Source of the DNA: Perna viridis
Taxonomy: Eukaryota
Direction: 5' to 3'
Assembly (NCBI GenBank): GCA_037379345.1
Contig: CM074515.1
Coordinates: 21,514,001 to 21,578,000 of the forward strand
DNA: 64,000 bases
This document shows positions 27,865 to 39,896 of this stretch, one piece after another. Below the pieces are notes generated by a model that ran no database searches, was not told the origin of the DNA, and worked only from the letters and a program-made list of their open reading frames with translations. Both the position numbers and the translations under genes were made by a program. The first letter of the stretch is position 1; each line of letters begins with the position of its first letter.

Positions 27865-28410
27865 CTACATAATAATTCTATCTTGTAACAGAAAATTTCA
27901 GTGTATATAGGAGGACACCAGGGGCTTCTTTCCCCACAATACCCTGTGACCAATTAGGCTTCCACAGTCAGATAGGGCTACATGTTAATTGTAATTTGTG
28001 AATTTCAGTGTATGCTGGTTGATGTCATGGGCTTCCTTTTCTTAAGAATCCTTGCGACTAATGAGGCCTGTACAGTCAGATAGGGTTACATGACAATTAT
28101 AAGTTGTAAATTTCAGTATATGCTGGAGGATATCTGGGGCTTCCGTTTCCCTAAAATCCTTGTAACCAATGAGGCCTGTACAGTCAAATCTATTTATCTC
28201 TAGTGAGAGTTAAGGCTCAAAAGATCATAAAAGGATACATAATAGTGTTAGTTGTATATTTCAGTGTATGCAGAAAGACATCAGAGACTTCCATCAACCA
28301 TGAATCTTTGCTACCAACGAGGTCCCCTCTCCAGGAATCAGTCTACACTGTCAGACTTGACTACATAACAATTGTGTGTTTTATATTTCAGTGCATGCAG
28401 GAAGATGTCA
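27865..28410 (+). repeat. Degenerate tandem array (5 units, 107-148 bp) whose last unit is the real acceptor and 5' end of the exon at 28392
   Basis: The motif tacat...atttcAG|TRYAT....ga recurs with AG ending at 27901, 28008, 28116, 28264 and 28391. The first four units also share cttc...aat(g/t)aggc...acagtca-like downstream sequence. Confidence 0.85.
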
Positions 28411-28521
28411 GACTGAGTGATCCTGACAGTACAGTGAAGGTACATGCTGATAAACCTCACCTCGTCAGTCTGGGTAGTGGTCGGTTGTCAACAGCAGTCA
28501 CTATTATACCTCTACAAAATG
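28392..28521 (+). CDS. PHLDB1: Coding exon of a pleckstrin homology-like domain family B (PHLDB1/LL5-like) gene; start of FHA domain (CMQEDVRLSDPDSTVKVHADKPHLVSLGSGRLSTAVTIIPLQN-G)
   Basis: Acceptor tttcAG ends at 28391 and donor G|gtaaaa starts at 28522 (phase 0 in, phase 1 out; 130 nt). The peptide KPHLVSLGSGRLSTAVTIIPL matches the PHLDB1 N-terminal motif as I recall it (KPHLVSLGSGRLSTAITLLPL). Orthology to PHLDB1 versus the family ancestor is not resolved. Confidence 0.92.
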
Positions 28522-30374
28522 GTAAAATCATCGGTCATATAGTATAGATACTAATAGTTACCGAGTACTCAAGGATAAATCTCATCCCACCCACCTTGCA
28601 CCAAACATTTTGAAAGTTTTTTTGAATACATGTAATTTTTCATATAATTTTCTTTTCAAAACTTACCAATTGGATTTTTTCTCATTTTGAGCTTTTTTTA
28701 TATTGTTGTTATGATCACTTTACTACTTCTTCATAGAACCTGTTCTAAGGTTGACCTTCCATAATTACGATTTGGCCTGATTTATTGCCAGAAAAATTAA
28801 TAAAGTATTAAATTAATAGAAGATAGCATCAGCAGATGTATGGATTATATTTTTGGCAACTGCAGACCTTCAGGATAAAAAATCTATAAAAAGGCGTGAG
28901 GATAAATTTAGTAAAAAAAACTCCCATTGCTTCCAATGCAAACCCATATTTTAAGTGATGTCCTTTGTGAATAAACCTTTAGAAATCAAGCACTTTTATG
29001 TATCACTTTTTTAGGTTCGTAAGCCAAGTTATCTTTTGCAACTTTCAAAACATAGGGTAATGCGGCATTTTTTGGTCATTTCCATGTCTTTTTTGCATAC
29101 AATGTGAAAATGTGCTAAATTTTGATCCTAGTCCCACCACTGTTTAAAGTGCTGTGAAAAAAAATTAGAACAGCAAAATGAAGAACTGGCATATTCTGAA
29201 GTGCAAAAATGAAAGATCTTTCAAATTATATTAAATTGGAAAAATATTATTTAATCCCATGGCCACTGGCCTGCTCTTCATGATAGATTGTTTTCCCCAA
29301 AAGGGGTAGGTCTTGTGAAGGTCATGAATATTTACTATATTTATACCTTGAGAGAGTATCTGCGTCTATTTACAGAAGAATGTTTTAAACAGTAAAATTA
29401 GAGGAATGATAGTTATAAGGCTGTATAAAAACTAATCAAACTTTGAGAGTCAGTACTTGTAAATGTTGAAAATATGGCATAACTAATAACATTTTATACC
29501 CCTACTCTATGAGCGGGTGGTATATCGGAATCATGTCTGTAAGTCTGTCTTCTACTGGACTGATTGATTTCAAATTTGGTGTATGGCTTTATATGAAAGA
29601 CATTCTTTTATAACATGGATGAGAAAAGTTGCGCAGTGTATGTAAACAAACCATTTCTTCACAGTGAAGGCAGTAGTTGATAGTCCATTCTTATATATTG
29701 CCACCATACTTATTTCAAACACTTAGAATGAAATCGTTTTAATCTGAGCAGCAATACTACTATTCAACCTATAAGTGTCAAAATTTTGCTATGAAAGCAA
29801 ACACAATAATAATGAATTTCAAAATTTTTTTAAGCCTTAGTCTCCTGCCTGTTGCTAAGGCACTATCTGTAACCTCTGCTATTAATCTTTCTGTCAAGTA
29901 ATGGAAATACTATGAAAGTACTTGAATTGGTGGATACCAATTTTTATGGATTAGGAAAGGAACACAAGTTCATGGATTATTGAATTTAAGGTTTGAGGTT
30001 TTTAGTTTACACATCAGTAGAAATCTCCATTTCATTGGGAACATTATTTTGTGGTTTAGTCTACCCATAAAAACCACAAAAATTGGTACCTCACAATAAA
30101 TAGTATTTTCACTGTATACTGTATATGTAATTTGATTGCTGTGTATCAATTTTCTTGGTTTGTTGAAATTTTGAATTTTGGTAGAACTTCTTATAAAACA
30201 TAAACATCTCAGTTTTATGGGAAGTTGAATTGTGGTTTGACATGAGACATTGCTTTGAATAAATGACTTTGTTGCCATCATCTTTGGTCACAATATATCT
30301 TTTCTAAAAGATATACAGCTATTATTGACTTATATGAGTACTAAGACTCATTTGGTTAGATGTTACCACTTGTT

Positions 30375-30527
30375 TCTTTTTTACAGAAAGATACAGTAGA
30401 ACATTTAGAGAAACATACAGCCTCCAACACCAACCATGTATTCAGTTCATGTCTTTTTTATAGAAAGAGACAGTAGAACATATAGAGAAACATACAGCCT
30501 CCAACACCAACCATATAACCAGTTCAT
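30375..30527. repeat. ~77-bp tandem duplication
   Basis: tcttttttaYagaaagaKacagtagaacatWtagagaaacatacagcctccaacaccaaccat occurs twice. Confidence 0.9.
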
Positions 30528-30607
30528 TTTGTACTTGTTGCTCAATATCTCTTTATTAGTGCCATATTGTTTGATGCATCATATTATGTGCTGTTTTTTT
30601 TCCTCAG

Positions 30608-30790
30608 GGAGAACAGACATAGGGACAGTAGATGCTGAGATATTACCAGATGTCATTATTCAGGGTACAGGTGTTGAGGATGAACACTGTTACATAGACA
30701 ACATCCATGGAATTGTCACGTTCTATCCAGTGGCTAAGATGTGCTTTATTGACCAGAGATTGGTTACTGAGCCTACTAGGCTAACACAGG
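30608..30790 (+). CDS. PHLDB1: Coding exon of PHLDB1-like gene; FHA core (GRTDIGTVDAEILPDVIIQGTGVEDEHCYIDNIHGIVTFYPVAKMCFIDQRLVTEPTRLTQG)
   Basis: Polypyrimidine tract plus cctcAG ends at 30607, donor CAGG|gttggt at 30791; 183 nt, phase 1-1, in frame with both neighbouring exons. GRT.IG, EHCYI.N and PTRLTQG are PHLDB1/kinesin-3-type FHA motifs. Confidence 0.93.
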
Positions 30791-31460
30791 GTTGGTACAT
30801 ACAATATTCACTATAAATACATGAATTCATACATGCCCTAGTCAACTTCTGATATTATGGGCTATTTGGTCGTTTTTCCTATGATATTTCTTTTAGGTAT
30901 TATTCATTTGCACGAAGACGAAGTGATACTTGAAAATATCTGTTAATGGTGGAATGATGTGACACAATCTAGGAAAGAACCATTAGTGGAATTTCACACT
31001 TTACTTCATGTTGAGGATATGAGTGTTTTTGAAACATCAGTTAAAGATTTGAGGTCACTTGGTGCAAATCATGATTGAGCATGACAAATCTTTGTATACA
31101 ATACAGTTAGCTCTATTCTTATGCATCTGTCAAATATATCTGATAATTGCAGTTAAATTTCTCAAAAATTATATCTCAAAATGTGTAAAATAATTACAGC
31201 AGTCAATTGTGGAAGTGATACCTTGAATTTTCATCCAATGAAATTTTACATCCTAATGAATTTTGAAGGTGAATTGGAATATTGATTTTTCAAATTCATA
31301 AAAAATTTCAATTGAATTCGGAACTATCAATAGAATTACTTGTACAGGAAAATATGTGTTTTTTAATAAACTGAATCATTGGCATTGAATATTTCAGGGA
31401 TGATTGTTATGTTTTTTTATTGGTCTACTTTTATTACCCTGGCAACTGGCAAAAACTTAA

Positions 31461-31733
31461 GGTGGTACACAACACCTAAAGGAAAGAACTCCATTAAATC
31501 AGCAAAACGTTTTATTTTGTGACATTCTGATGTCAAACTTAAAGCATCTTAGTGATCAAAACTTTTGTTGTTGATGCTGTTATATATTCATTGAATTTAT
31601 TTCCATGAAACATGTGATTAAAATTTCTTGAAATTCATATATTTTGCTTCTTTCATCAAGGTAAAACACTGAATAAAATTTCAAAAATTTTCAAACGAGT
31701 CAAATTAATTTTAGAGAAGATGTAAGGTACACC
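31461..31733. mobile_element. Degenerate TTAA-type MITE
   Basis: TTAA|GGTGGTACACAACACCT ... AGATGTAAGGTACACC|TT: imperfect TIRs with a decayed right TSD. Confidence 0.5.
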
Positions 31734-33189
31734 TTCTGTTAAATTCTGCCACAGTATACAAAATCATTAAGTATAATTTGGACGAACGTATGTATAAGAA
31801 ACGTGTGATACAGAACAGTATACAAGTACAACACCACAATTTGTATGTTTTGGAGGAAATTTTAAATGATTAGAAACAACCGAGAATTTTATTTCTTCTA
31901 GAGAAAAAAAAAACAATACTAGACTATAAAATTTCAAAGACTTGATCCAAAGTTGACTTATTCCCCTTTTCACAGAACATGTTAAATGAATTGATGAGAA
32001 CTGTTTATTGTTTTTGTATTGGAAAACAGTCCTTCACAAATTCTGCATTCCTGTTGTATTATATCATTTATTTGTATAGGATCTGAGAAAAAAACCTTAT
32101 CATGGTATTTCTAAAATCAAAGGTGAAGTCATTTACAAAAGATAGGTGAACAAGTACTTCTCTTCTTATCTTGTAGTCTTTTGTTTGTTAATGTGTCAAA
32201 GGGAAATCAAACATGCCTTTTACTTTAATGGATTAAAAACGATATGAAAATGACACAATAAATAGAAATTGACATGCACAGTAATCCATTTCAACCATGC
32301 CTTATCTCCAGACATTTATTTTTGTTTGCCAAAATATATTTTATCGAATGAATTCTAAATATCTTTTTTTATACTTTATGATGTAATATATCTTTTCACA
32401 AACTATCATTTTCCAATGTAAACATTGTAAAAACTGTGCATTGTGTACCTGCCAGGTATATATCATCTTTATCATTAGTGTGGAATGTACCGATTAAACA
32501 GCTGTACTTATGATAAATCTACGATAGAGCTACGTACGTTATGCAACCGAATGACGTAATCTGTAGACTTTCTTCATAAATGTTATCATTGATGTATCTT
32601 GTCTTGACAAACTCTTCTCTCATGTTGTTCTTATAAGCATTAAACCATCGATTGGAAAAAATTAAATTTAATTGGAAAGGATTTGGGATGTTTAGACTTC
32701 ATTTTTGCCCTTTTCAGATAGTTAACTTTACATTTATAGGTAAAAATTTTTCAACAGGAAAGTCACTATGTTTGAAAAAAAGATTTTTTTCAAGTTCATA
32801 ATTCCAACACAATGCTTTTTTTTTTACATATTGTATGCCATTGTTACAAATATATTGAATGGGGTATGCATGGAAGAGAAGTAGTTGTCGTAGGTCTAAA
32901 ACAGGAAAATTTTTTGAACAAAATAGATAATGAAGCAACTTTTTTGTACAGTACTAGTATGTAGAAATTTTACAGACAGATATAAAGACGATAGCATTGA
33001 AAAATTGCAGTATTCCACATGTAAAAATAATTTCTATTTTTATTATCTAATAAACTTCGTTTAAACGTTAATAAAATATTTAAGTACTCCATGCTAGTAA
33101 TTTTCCAAATTACACCGCAACTGATCCATATATGCCTTAAATACTAATAAATACACTAATACTATGTAGGTTCCATCAGGCACAGTGAC

Positions 33190-33791
33190 CAATTTACGAT
33201 AAAAACCACAGGCATGACACTGGTCGGTAGGTTTTGCCCTGAATCTCTGGGCAACAAAGTGTTGCCCACTCCCGGGAAGGGGCTGGTTATTAGCAGGAAC
33301 ATTAACAGCATTCGTAGGAACTTGTCGTCCTCGGAATCACTGGCGTTGTCATCCGAATGATATTCTTGGACCGTCTTCCAGCCACCTTCACTTTTGTCCA
33401 CAATACGGATCAACTTGTTTCTCTTTTTTATCAACGAGAGGGATTCTTCAAGAATTGACTCTGCTTTCGACAAGCGCTTTTTGTCAATATAACGTAAGGC
33501 CCACTCAATATTATCCAGCAGATCAGAGTTAAATTCAAATTGAATTTGGTGTCCCTTAAAGTTAAAGTTATTTTCAACTTTATTGACTTTCTTAGCAAGT
33601 GAGCTAGTAGTTTCTTGGAAGTTACTTTCTATACAGGCAAATTTAGAGTTCATATATGTTTTCATTATAGATAACAAGTCCGCATTGGTCACCGATTCAA
33701 GGTTTGCAAAAACAGAAGCGTTTACTGTATTATCTTGAGTAACCTCAAGCTCATCTCTAATGTAGAGTTTCAACTTCTCTGAGTCGGACAT
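33190..33791 (-). mobile_element. Truncated gag-like ORF1 of a DIRS/Ngaro-type (tyrosine recombinase) retrotransposon
   Basis: Motifs F.FKGHQIQFEFN and KKRNKLIRIVDKSEGGWKTVQEYHSDDNASDSEDDK are ones I recall from invertebrate DIRS/Ngaro ORF1. After a frameshift near 33320, another minus frame reads RFRAKPTDQCHACGFY, the start of a zinc knuckle (33205-33219). No RT or recombinase follows. Confidence 0.65.
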
Positions 33792-33899
33792 TATACAACC
33801 TTAACTTCAGTAATGGCTTCTTGTTACAACGTATACCTACACAGAACTTGGTCACCAGCCTACTTGATACATTTAAAATCATGCGCACTGCTTTTATAC

Positions 33900-33987
33900 C
33901 TCGTTAGACTAATCACTCATAATTCAACTGTATTCAAATAAAGCTCGTTAGACTAATCACTCATAATTCAACCGTATTGAAATAAAG
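33900..33987. repeat. 44-bp tandem duplication
   Basis: ctcgttagactaatcactcataattcaacYgtattSaaataaag occurs twice. Confidence 0.9.
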
Positions 33988-36163
33988 CTGGAAAATTCCT
34001 CCGTGATCGACCGTACTTAAATATATTTCACTCTAGGACTTCTGCCTGCAAAAATTCACTAATTTTTCTTTTATAATGCTAACTGATGATTTGAAATATT
34101 AATCTGCTGATTAGGTACCAGTACATGTATTTCTGAGACAATTTTCATTGGAGAGAGTAAATAACCTAAATATAATTATTTTTTGTCAGTAATGCTTGGA
34201 GATTTAACTTGTGCTGGGGACAAATTATGCCCTCTAGTAATCATAATTTGTTTTATTCACTCTTTCCAATTAATTATCCTATAAATATCTTAGCAATGAT
34301 AGCAAACTTATAAATTTATTCACCTAGTGGTGCGATTGAGGAGTTTATTACCCCTTGTCCTTTATAGATGTAAGGCTTTGATATAATTAGTTGATTTTGT
34401 TACACTGATAAAAAATATACAATTTGTTTATACATTAAAACTCTGGCAATGTTGCACTAAAAGAGTTTATTTTTTTATTTTTTAGGTTTTTACTAGCATT
34501 GAAATCCTTATCATTTCTCTTTTTTCTGTGATTGATCAGACAATTAGTGAAATTTTTGGCTGAATATTTGATAGAGTGGATTAATTACATTGATATCAGA
34601 TAAAGAAGCTTGGCACTTATATTTTGAAACTTTTTCGGACTTTTTAGTATTATATGCCCATGCTTAGTGGAGTCTCATTTCCAGAAAATGCTTCAAAGGT
34701 TTTTTTTATCATACAGTGCCTCCTCCCATAGACCAGATACATGCTCCATTTTCAGAATTTCTGGACACTCCACTGAATGAAAAGGTGTAGAAGAAGTTTG
34801 TTGGCTTGTTCCGAAGACAGCCATTTTCTTTTGAAATAAAGATCAAAAGTGTGAGAGAAATTCGAAGAAGGGTGCCAAATTAATCAGAATATTTAGTATA
34901 ACATTTGTGATAAGATACCAAGCCATACCATGAGTCACTTTGAAATGATTTGATGATTGTTTTGTGATTTTGAGTCACTGATTATTTACATTTAACTTCA
35001 TGTTATTTTTAGTTGGTATCAGACTGAAACAGTTACCCATTGTTTTAGTTATTGAATTGATTCCTATCCATTACTCAAGATATCTGTGTAATTGAGGGTT
35101 GTTTAAGGTTGTAATCCATAATTCAGTGATAGTCTCTGACCTATTGAATTACTAGTGATTTATTTTGCCATTTTCACTTCGTTTAGCTCCAGAGCAAGCT
35201 TAGTTACTGTAAAAAATAGAGATATAACAAATTGTAAAAATACTTTTAGTTTCTTGGTATCAATTTTCTTGGTTTTGTAAAAAATCTTTTTTCCAAACAT
35301 TTATCGTCTGAAAATTTACTTCTGTGGCTTTTGGCTGTCTCCTGATTTTTTTTTTAAATACCTGGTACTTTGCAGTACAAATCAAGATAGAACAATAGTT
35401 TGATTTCGATACTAGTCAAGGTATTCCACATGATAATTGTAAATAACTGTAATTCTTTTTAATGGTAACCAAATTAATGCATTTTAAATAATGTTATTAA
35501 TGAAAATTAAGTTTTTTGGACTATTTTTACTGTGCAAAAAAAATCTTATAGTGCAACTACACACAGTTGGTGCGTGATGTTCATTCAAAACTCAAAAAAA
35601 GATCGGATGATGTCACAATCACTCCTAATGTTTTGACAGATATTTTCAAATATCTGGTTATGAATGAGAGAAATATCTGTCAACAAGATCAAAGGAAAAA
35701 AGTACTGATTACCAATATTAGAAATTCTAATGTCTCCTTTTTCCATTAACAGTTGACCCAAATTTTTGCTCTTTCATTTTTCTTTTTTCTTTAACATGAC
35801 TGAGACATTGGGTTATTATTTCATGCTAATAAAGCTTAACAAATACATCACTAATAAGGTAAACTCCATATCTATGAATGTAAATGTAAGGGACTTAAAG
35901 ATCTCATTTCATTCATCAAGATATGTTGACAGGTATAAGAAAATTTCTTGTTAAAAGCTCTTGAGACATAAATTGTTTATTTTTGCTGATGATCTTGGAA
36001 ATGTTTTTTGTATTGATTTTCCCTCATTTTTACTGTAGACTTTTTAGATTTTCACCAAAATTTTTTCTCTGACATTTGCAACTATGTGCTTTCAGTGGCA
36101 GATCCAGAAATTTCCGAAAATGTAGGAGGGGGCCTGACATGCCTGAGAGGGCATGCTCAAGTA

Positions 36164-36364
36164 CTGTAAACATATTAATTTTGGTAGTGTACTAGTTTTT
36201 AGTATTTTCACGTTGTACATATAAGCGTGAAAATTAGTACAAGAGCCCAAAATTGATTTTTAACACTATAAAAGGTTAATTATATATTAAAACCACGAAG
36301 ATGATACCCACTGATATGTTCACTCAACAGAATCCAAGAAATTTAGCAACCACAAAAATTACAG
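36164..36364. mobile_element. TA-flanked MITE (CTGTAA...TTACAG termini)
   Basis: TA|CTGTAAAC ... AATTACAG|TA: short TIRs, decayed. Confidence 0.45.
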
Positions 36365-38257
36365 TAATTTCCAGTTTCTGTTATATAATTATCCCGAAAT
36401 CTACAAAATTTTTCAAGCATAAAAGGGAGTTTAGGCCACTTTGGCTACTACCCTTCAACCAGCTTACTGTTTTTAAGCCAAAATCTTCCCCCCAACAGAA
36501 ACCAGTCAAGTTTATTAAACAAAGTATTTTTTTTTACCTGTGTAATTCCATTATTATTTTCAGATGTTCTAATTTTTTCTTGGCCTAATTAACTTTTCTT
36601 TTTGAAGTACTGTTAAGTATACACTGGTAAATGAAAGTTATGTAAAAATCCTGTTTTGTTCCCCCCTTTTTTTCTTTGTTGGTTTCACAAAGTTATCATC
36701 AAAGAAGATTAATGTTATAGTATCTTTTTATACATCATTAGGTATTCTGTCAATTTAAAAAAAATAAAGTAAATGGTTTTTGCACAAAGTGCACCATCAT
36801 TAGAACATTATGACAAGAATTAAGGAGAAACCTTTGAATATTTCATATGAAATTTTTTTGACATGGTGACCCAAAGCTTTATATCAAACAAAATAAAGAT
36901 TTTCTAAAGGCTATCATAAAAACACAGCAACAAATATTTCATCCCTAGGCTCCCATCAAAAACAATCTACTCTTTCATTCACTGTTTGTGAAATGAAAGA
37001 TATATTTTTAGTTGGTATACATACATGTGGATTTGCTATATGATGAAACTATGAAAGAAATATTTTCTGTTGTTGAACATACTGTTAGAGAGATAATTTT
37101 ACTGGATGTTACACAAATCTAAATCTGTTTTTTGTTTATTATATTTTAGCACTAATTAGTTGAGTCATGTGAACTATTGATTATGAGAGATAATTTTCCC
37201 CTCAAGTTACCTCGTTTGAAGATTCATCTTTTGACTAACCCCCCTTAGTTATGATGAGCTGTGCAGATAGTACTTAGTTAAAACAATGTGATATTTCTTT
37301 GCTTTCGTGGATATATTTTTGGCTACTGTCATGGATACTCAATTCCAAGTGACGGCTCAGGCAGAATATTGTCACCAAGGGCCAAACTGTGGTAAGGACC
37401 ATCTCATTTGTTTATTTTGATATTTTAACTTTTTAATTATGGAATCGATTACATTTTATGTAGGTGGATGTTCATATGTTTGGCAGAACTTCATCAATCA
37501 TTTTAAAGTTTTGTTTATATTATAGCTGTAGGGAGTAATGTCTGCTACTAAGTTGTTTAACTCCATATACCAAGCATTAGAATGCCCTGGTTATGTCTTT
37601 ACTAAAATGATGATTTCTTCAATGGATCCATTAGAGGTAGATCCAGGATTTGAATTGAGAGGGGTTTACTGAACTGACAGAGGCAAGAAAAACCAGTATT
37701 CGAGACCAATTATTGATGTATTTTTTCCCTTTATTTCTGAAAACATATGTGTTTATCATGTTTTTTATAATTTAAAGTAGTAATGTTATGCATTGCTTTC
37801 CTGTTAATACTGTTTCAACATTGAAGGAAGGGTGTAAGCCTTCCTTGCCTTGCCTTAATCTGCCCCTTTCCACTGTCTGTGCACGTCCGTTTCTGAAATG
37901 GATAAAGTTGTAAAACATGCTTTTCCTGTCTAAGTTCTAATTTCATTCCTTGTAAATGCTTCATAGAATCCTTAATTAATATCGTAGCTATCCTTCTTGA
38001 CAGCACTGTAAAAAATTCTGATATAAATGGTACATTTTCAACTTGAATGTGACAAATGGGGCATGGCTGCCTCTAATCCCAATCACTGGGTTCCATAGTG
38101 TAGCTGGCTTATCAGTATTAGGTTTTGGGCTTCATTAATCATTGATGCCTATAAAATGCCATCATGAAATACCGGTAGCAGTATTTGGAAGGGTTGAATC
38201 AATACCTGCCTAACTACACTGACACTTTTATAAACCAAACACTTTTGTTTGGTTTAA

Positions 38258-38469
38258 GGATGTAGACCTAGTGTAAGGGATATAACTCTTGAAATCAGTG
38301 ATATGTTTGTATCATACTCAATTTTACAAAAGTCTATCAAGCTTTTGTTTGAAACAGAATGAAATTAATCCAAGTTACTTTGATACTTACTTGAGATTGA
38401 TGTAAAATGTTGAATACAAACATTCCAATGATTTGTAAGAGTTGGGTCCCTTACCTCAGATCTACCTCC
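38258..38469. mobile_element. TTAA-flanked MITE (Kolobok/piggyBac-type), 212 bp
   Basis: TTAA|GGATGTAGACCTAGTGTAAGGGATATAACTCTT ... AAGAGTTGGGTCCCTTACCTCAGATCTACCTCC|TTAA: ~33-bp imperfect TIRs, with a second copy at 39695. Confidence 0.85.
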
Positions 38470-38921
38470 TTAATCAGGAGTTAGTTTATTCAGGCTCATA
38501 AGCACTGTGTGGAAGAAGTTGAAAACAGTTTATACAGGTTTTAAGGTTTTTCTTGGTTAGTTTAGACAGGTTTTACTTGACTTCACATTACCTGAATGGA
38601 TTATATTAATAATGACATATTTTAAGGGCAGTCAGTTTTTTATGATTTTCTACAAGATAGTTTGATATTCAGTTGTGTTAAAAAGAATTTACAGTTAACA
38701 TGAAAAGTGGGACAGTATAGTTTAGGTTGCATTAAACTTGACAAGAAATTGTTTATGTTATAGCATGGAAGGCGTTAGCCAAAATTGACATATACTTGCT
38801 TTCTTCTCATCATTAAATCAGGATTTGGAATGTTATTACCAGTACATGCACCTGTCTCCAATAATTCAGGGCAAAAATCTAAACCATTTTAAGTGTTTCA
38901 TACATCATAAAGGCATTATAA

Positions 38922-39296
38922 GGCCATGTCTAGATATTTTGTAGATTTTTTACGGTTAAGTTTACATTGTTAAAATAGATGTTGTATATGCAACCATTGA
39001 TTGACTTCTCAACTTCCTACACACTTGATGAATAGAAATTCATACTTTATAGCAGAATAATTAAGTTAATTCCCAAATGCTTTCATTGAATACTTAAAGA
39101 GGGGAGGGTTGCAAGAATTTTGTTAAAATTGAAGTAATTTGTCCAGAATGTTCAAAATTATGAAAAAGAAATTTAGGGGATTTTTTTCTCTAAAAAGTTG
39201 GAAATGTGGAGACAATATTAACCAATTTCATGACCCAATGTAGTAGGCAATAAACATAGCTTTGATCTTATGAGAATAAATTGACTTTATGTGGCC
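38922..39296. mobile_element. Possible decayed MITE with GGCCA termini
   Basis: ATAA|GGCCAT ... GTGGCC|TTAT: only the very ends are inverted repeats. Confidence 0.35.
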
Positions 39297-39694
39297 TTAT
39301 TTGGTAGGCAATACAAATAGTTTTATTGGTACAGACAGGTAATATAAACATAACCTGAGTCCTTTGACATGAAATATTTATGGTGTCATAGGCAAGCAAG
39401 GTTACTATGTATAACTCCAACAAATATGTCACACACCAGTGAGATGCAGATTAAATATGGTATTATATAATGGGATGTGGGGAAAGGGCATGAGAATAAG
39501 CTGTAGTGGGGTTCAAAAATTTTGCACTAAAATTGCAGAAAAAAGAAAGGTTCTGAAGGGATACCCTAAAGACTACTGTAACACATAGTAAGCTCCTTGT
39601 ACATGCACAAGCTTTGAATATGCCATTGAATTCTTTTAATCCGTCAAAAGTATTAAGAGTTCTGTGTAGATAGGTTTATTAATGGTTCTGTTAA

Positions 39695-39896
39695 GGAGGT
39701 AGACCTAGGGTAAGTGACATAACTCTTTAAATCAGTGATATGTTTGTATCATATTCAATTTCACCAAAGCCTTTCAAGCTTTCCCTTGTAACAGAATGAA
39801 ATCAGTCCAAGTTACTTTGATGCTTACATGAGATGGTTGTAAAATGGTAAATACAAACGTTCCGATGGTTGGTAAGAGTTGTATCCCTTACCCTCC
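39695..39896. mobile_element. Second copy of the TTAA-flanked MITE
   Basis: TTAA|GGAGGTAGACCTAGGGTAAG ... CCCTTACCCTCC|TTAA. It is colinear with 38258-38469 and has a ~10-bp deletion in the right TIR. Confidence 0.85.

Noticed and set aside
28203-28547. Single-exon ORFs 28203-28547, 30436-30816 and 55160-55363 as whole proteins
   Set aside because: Only the splice-site-bounded cores match PHLDB/FHA; the flanks are intron read-through.
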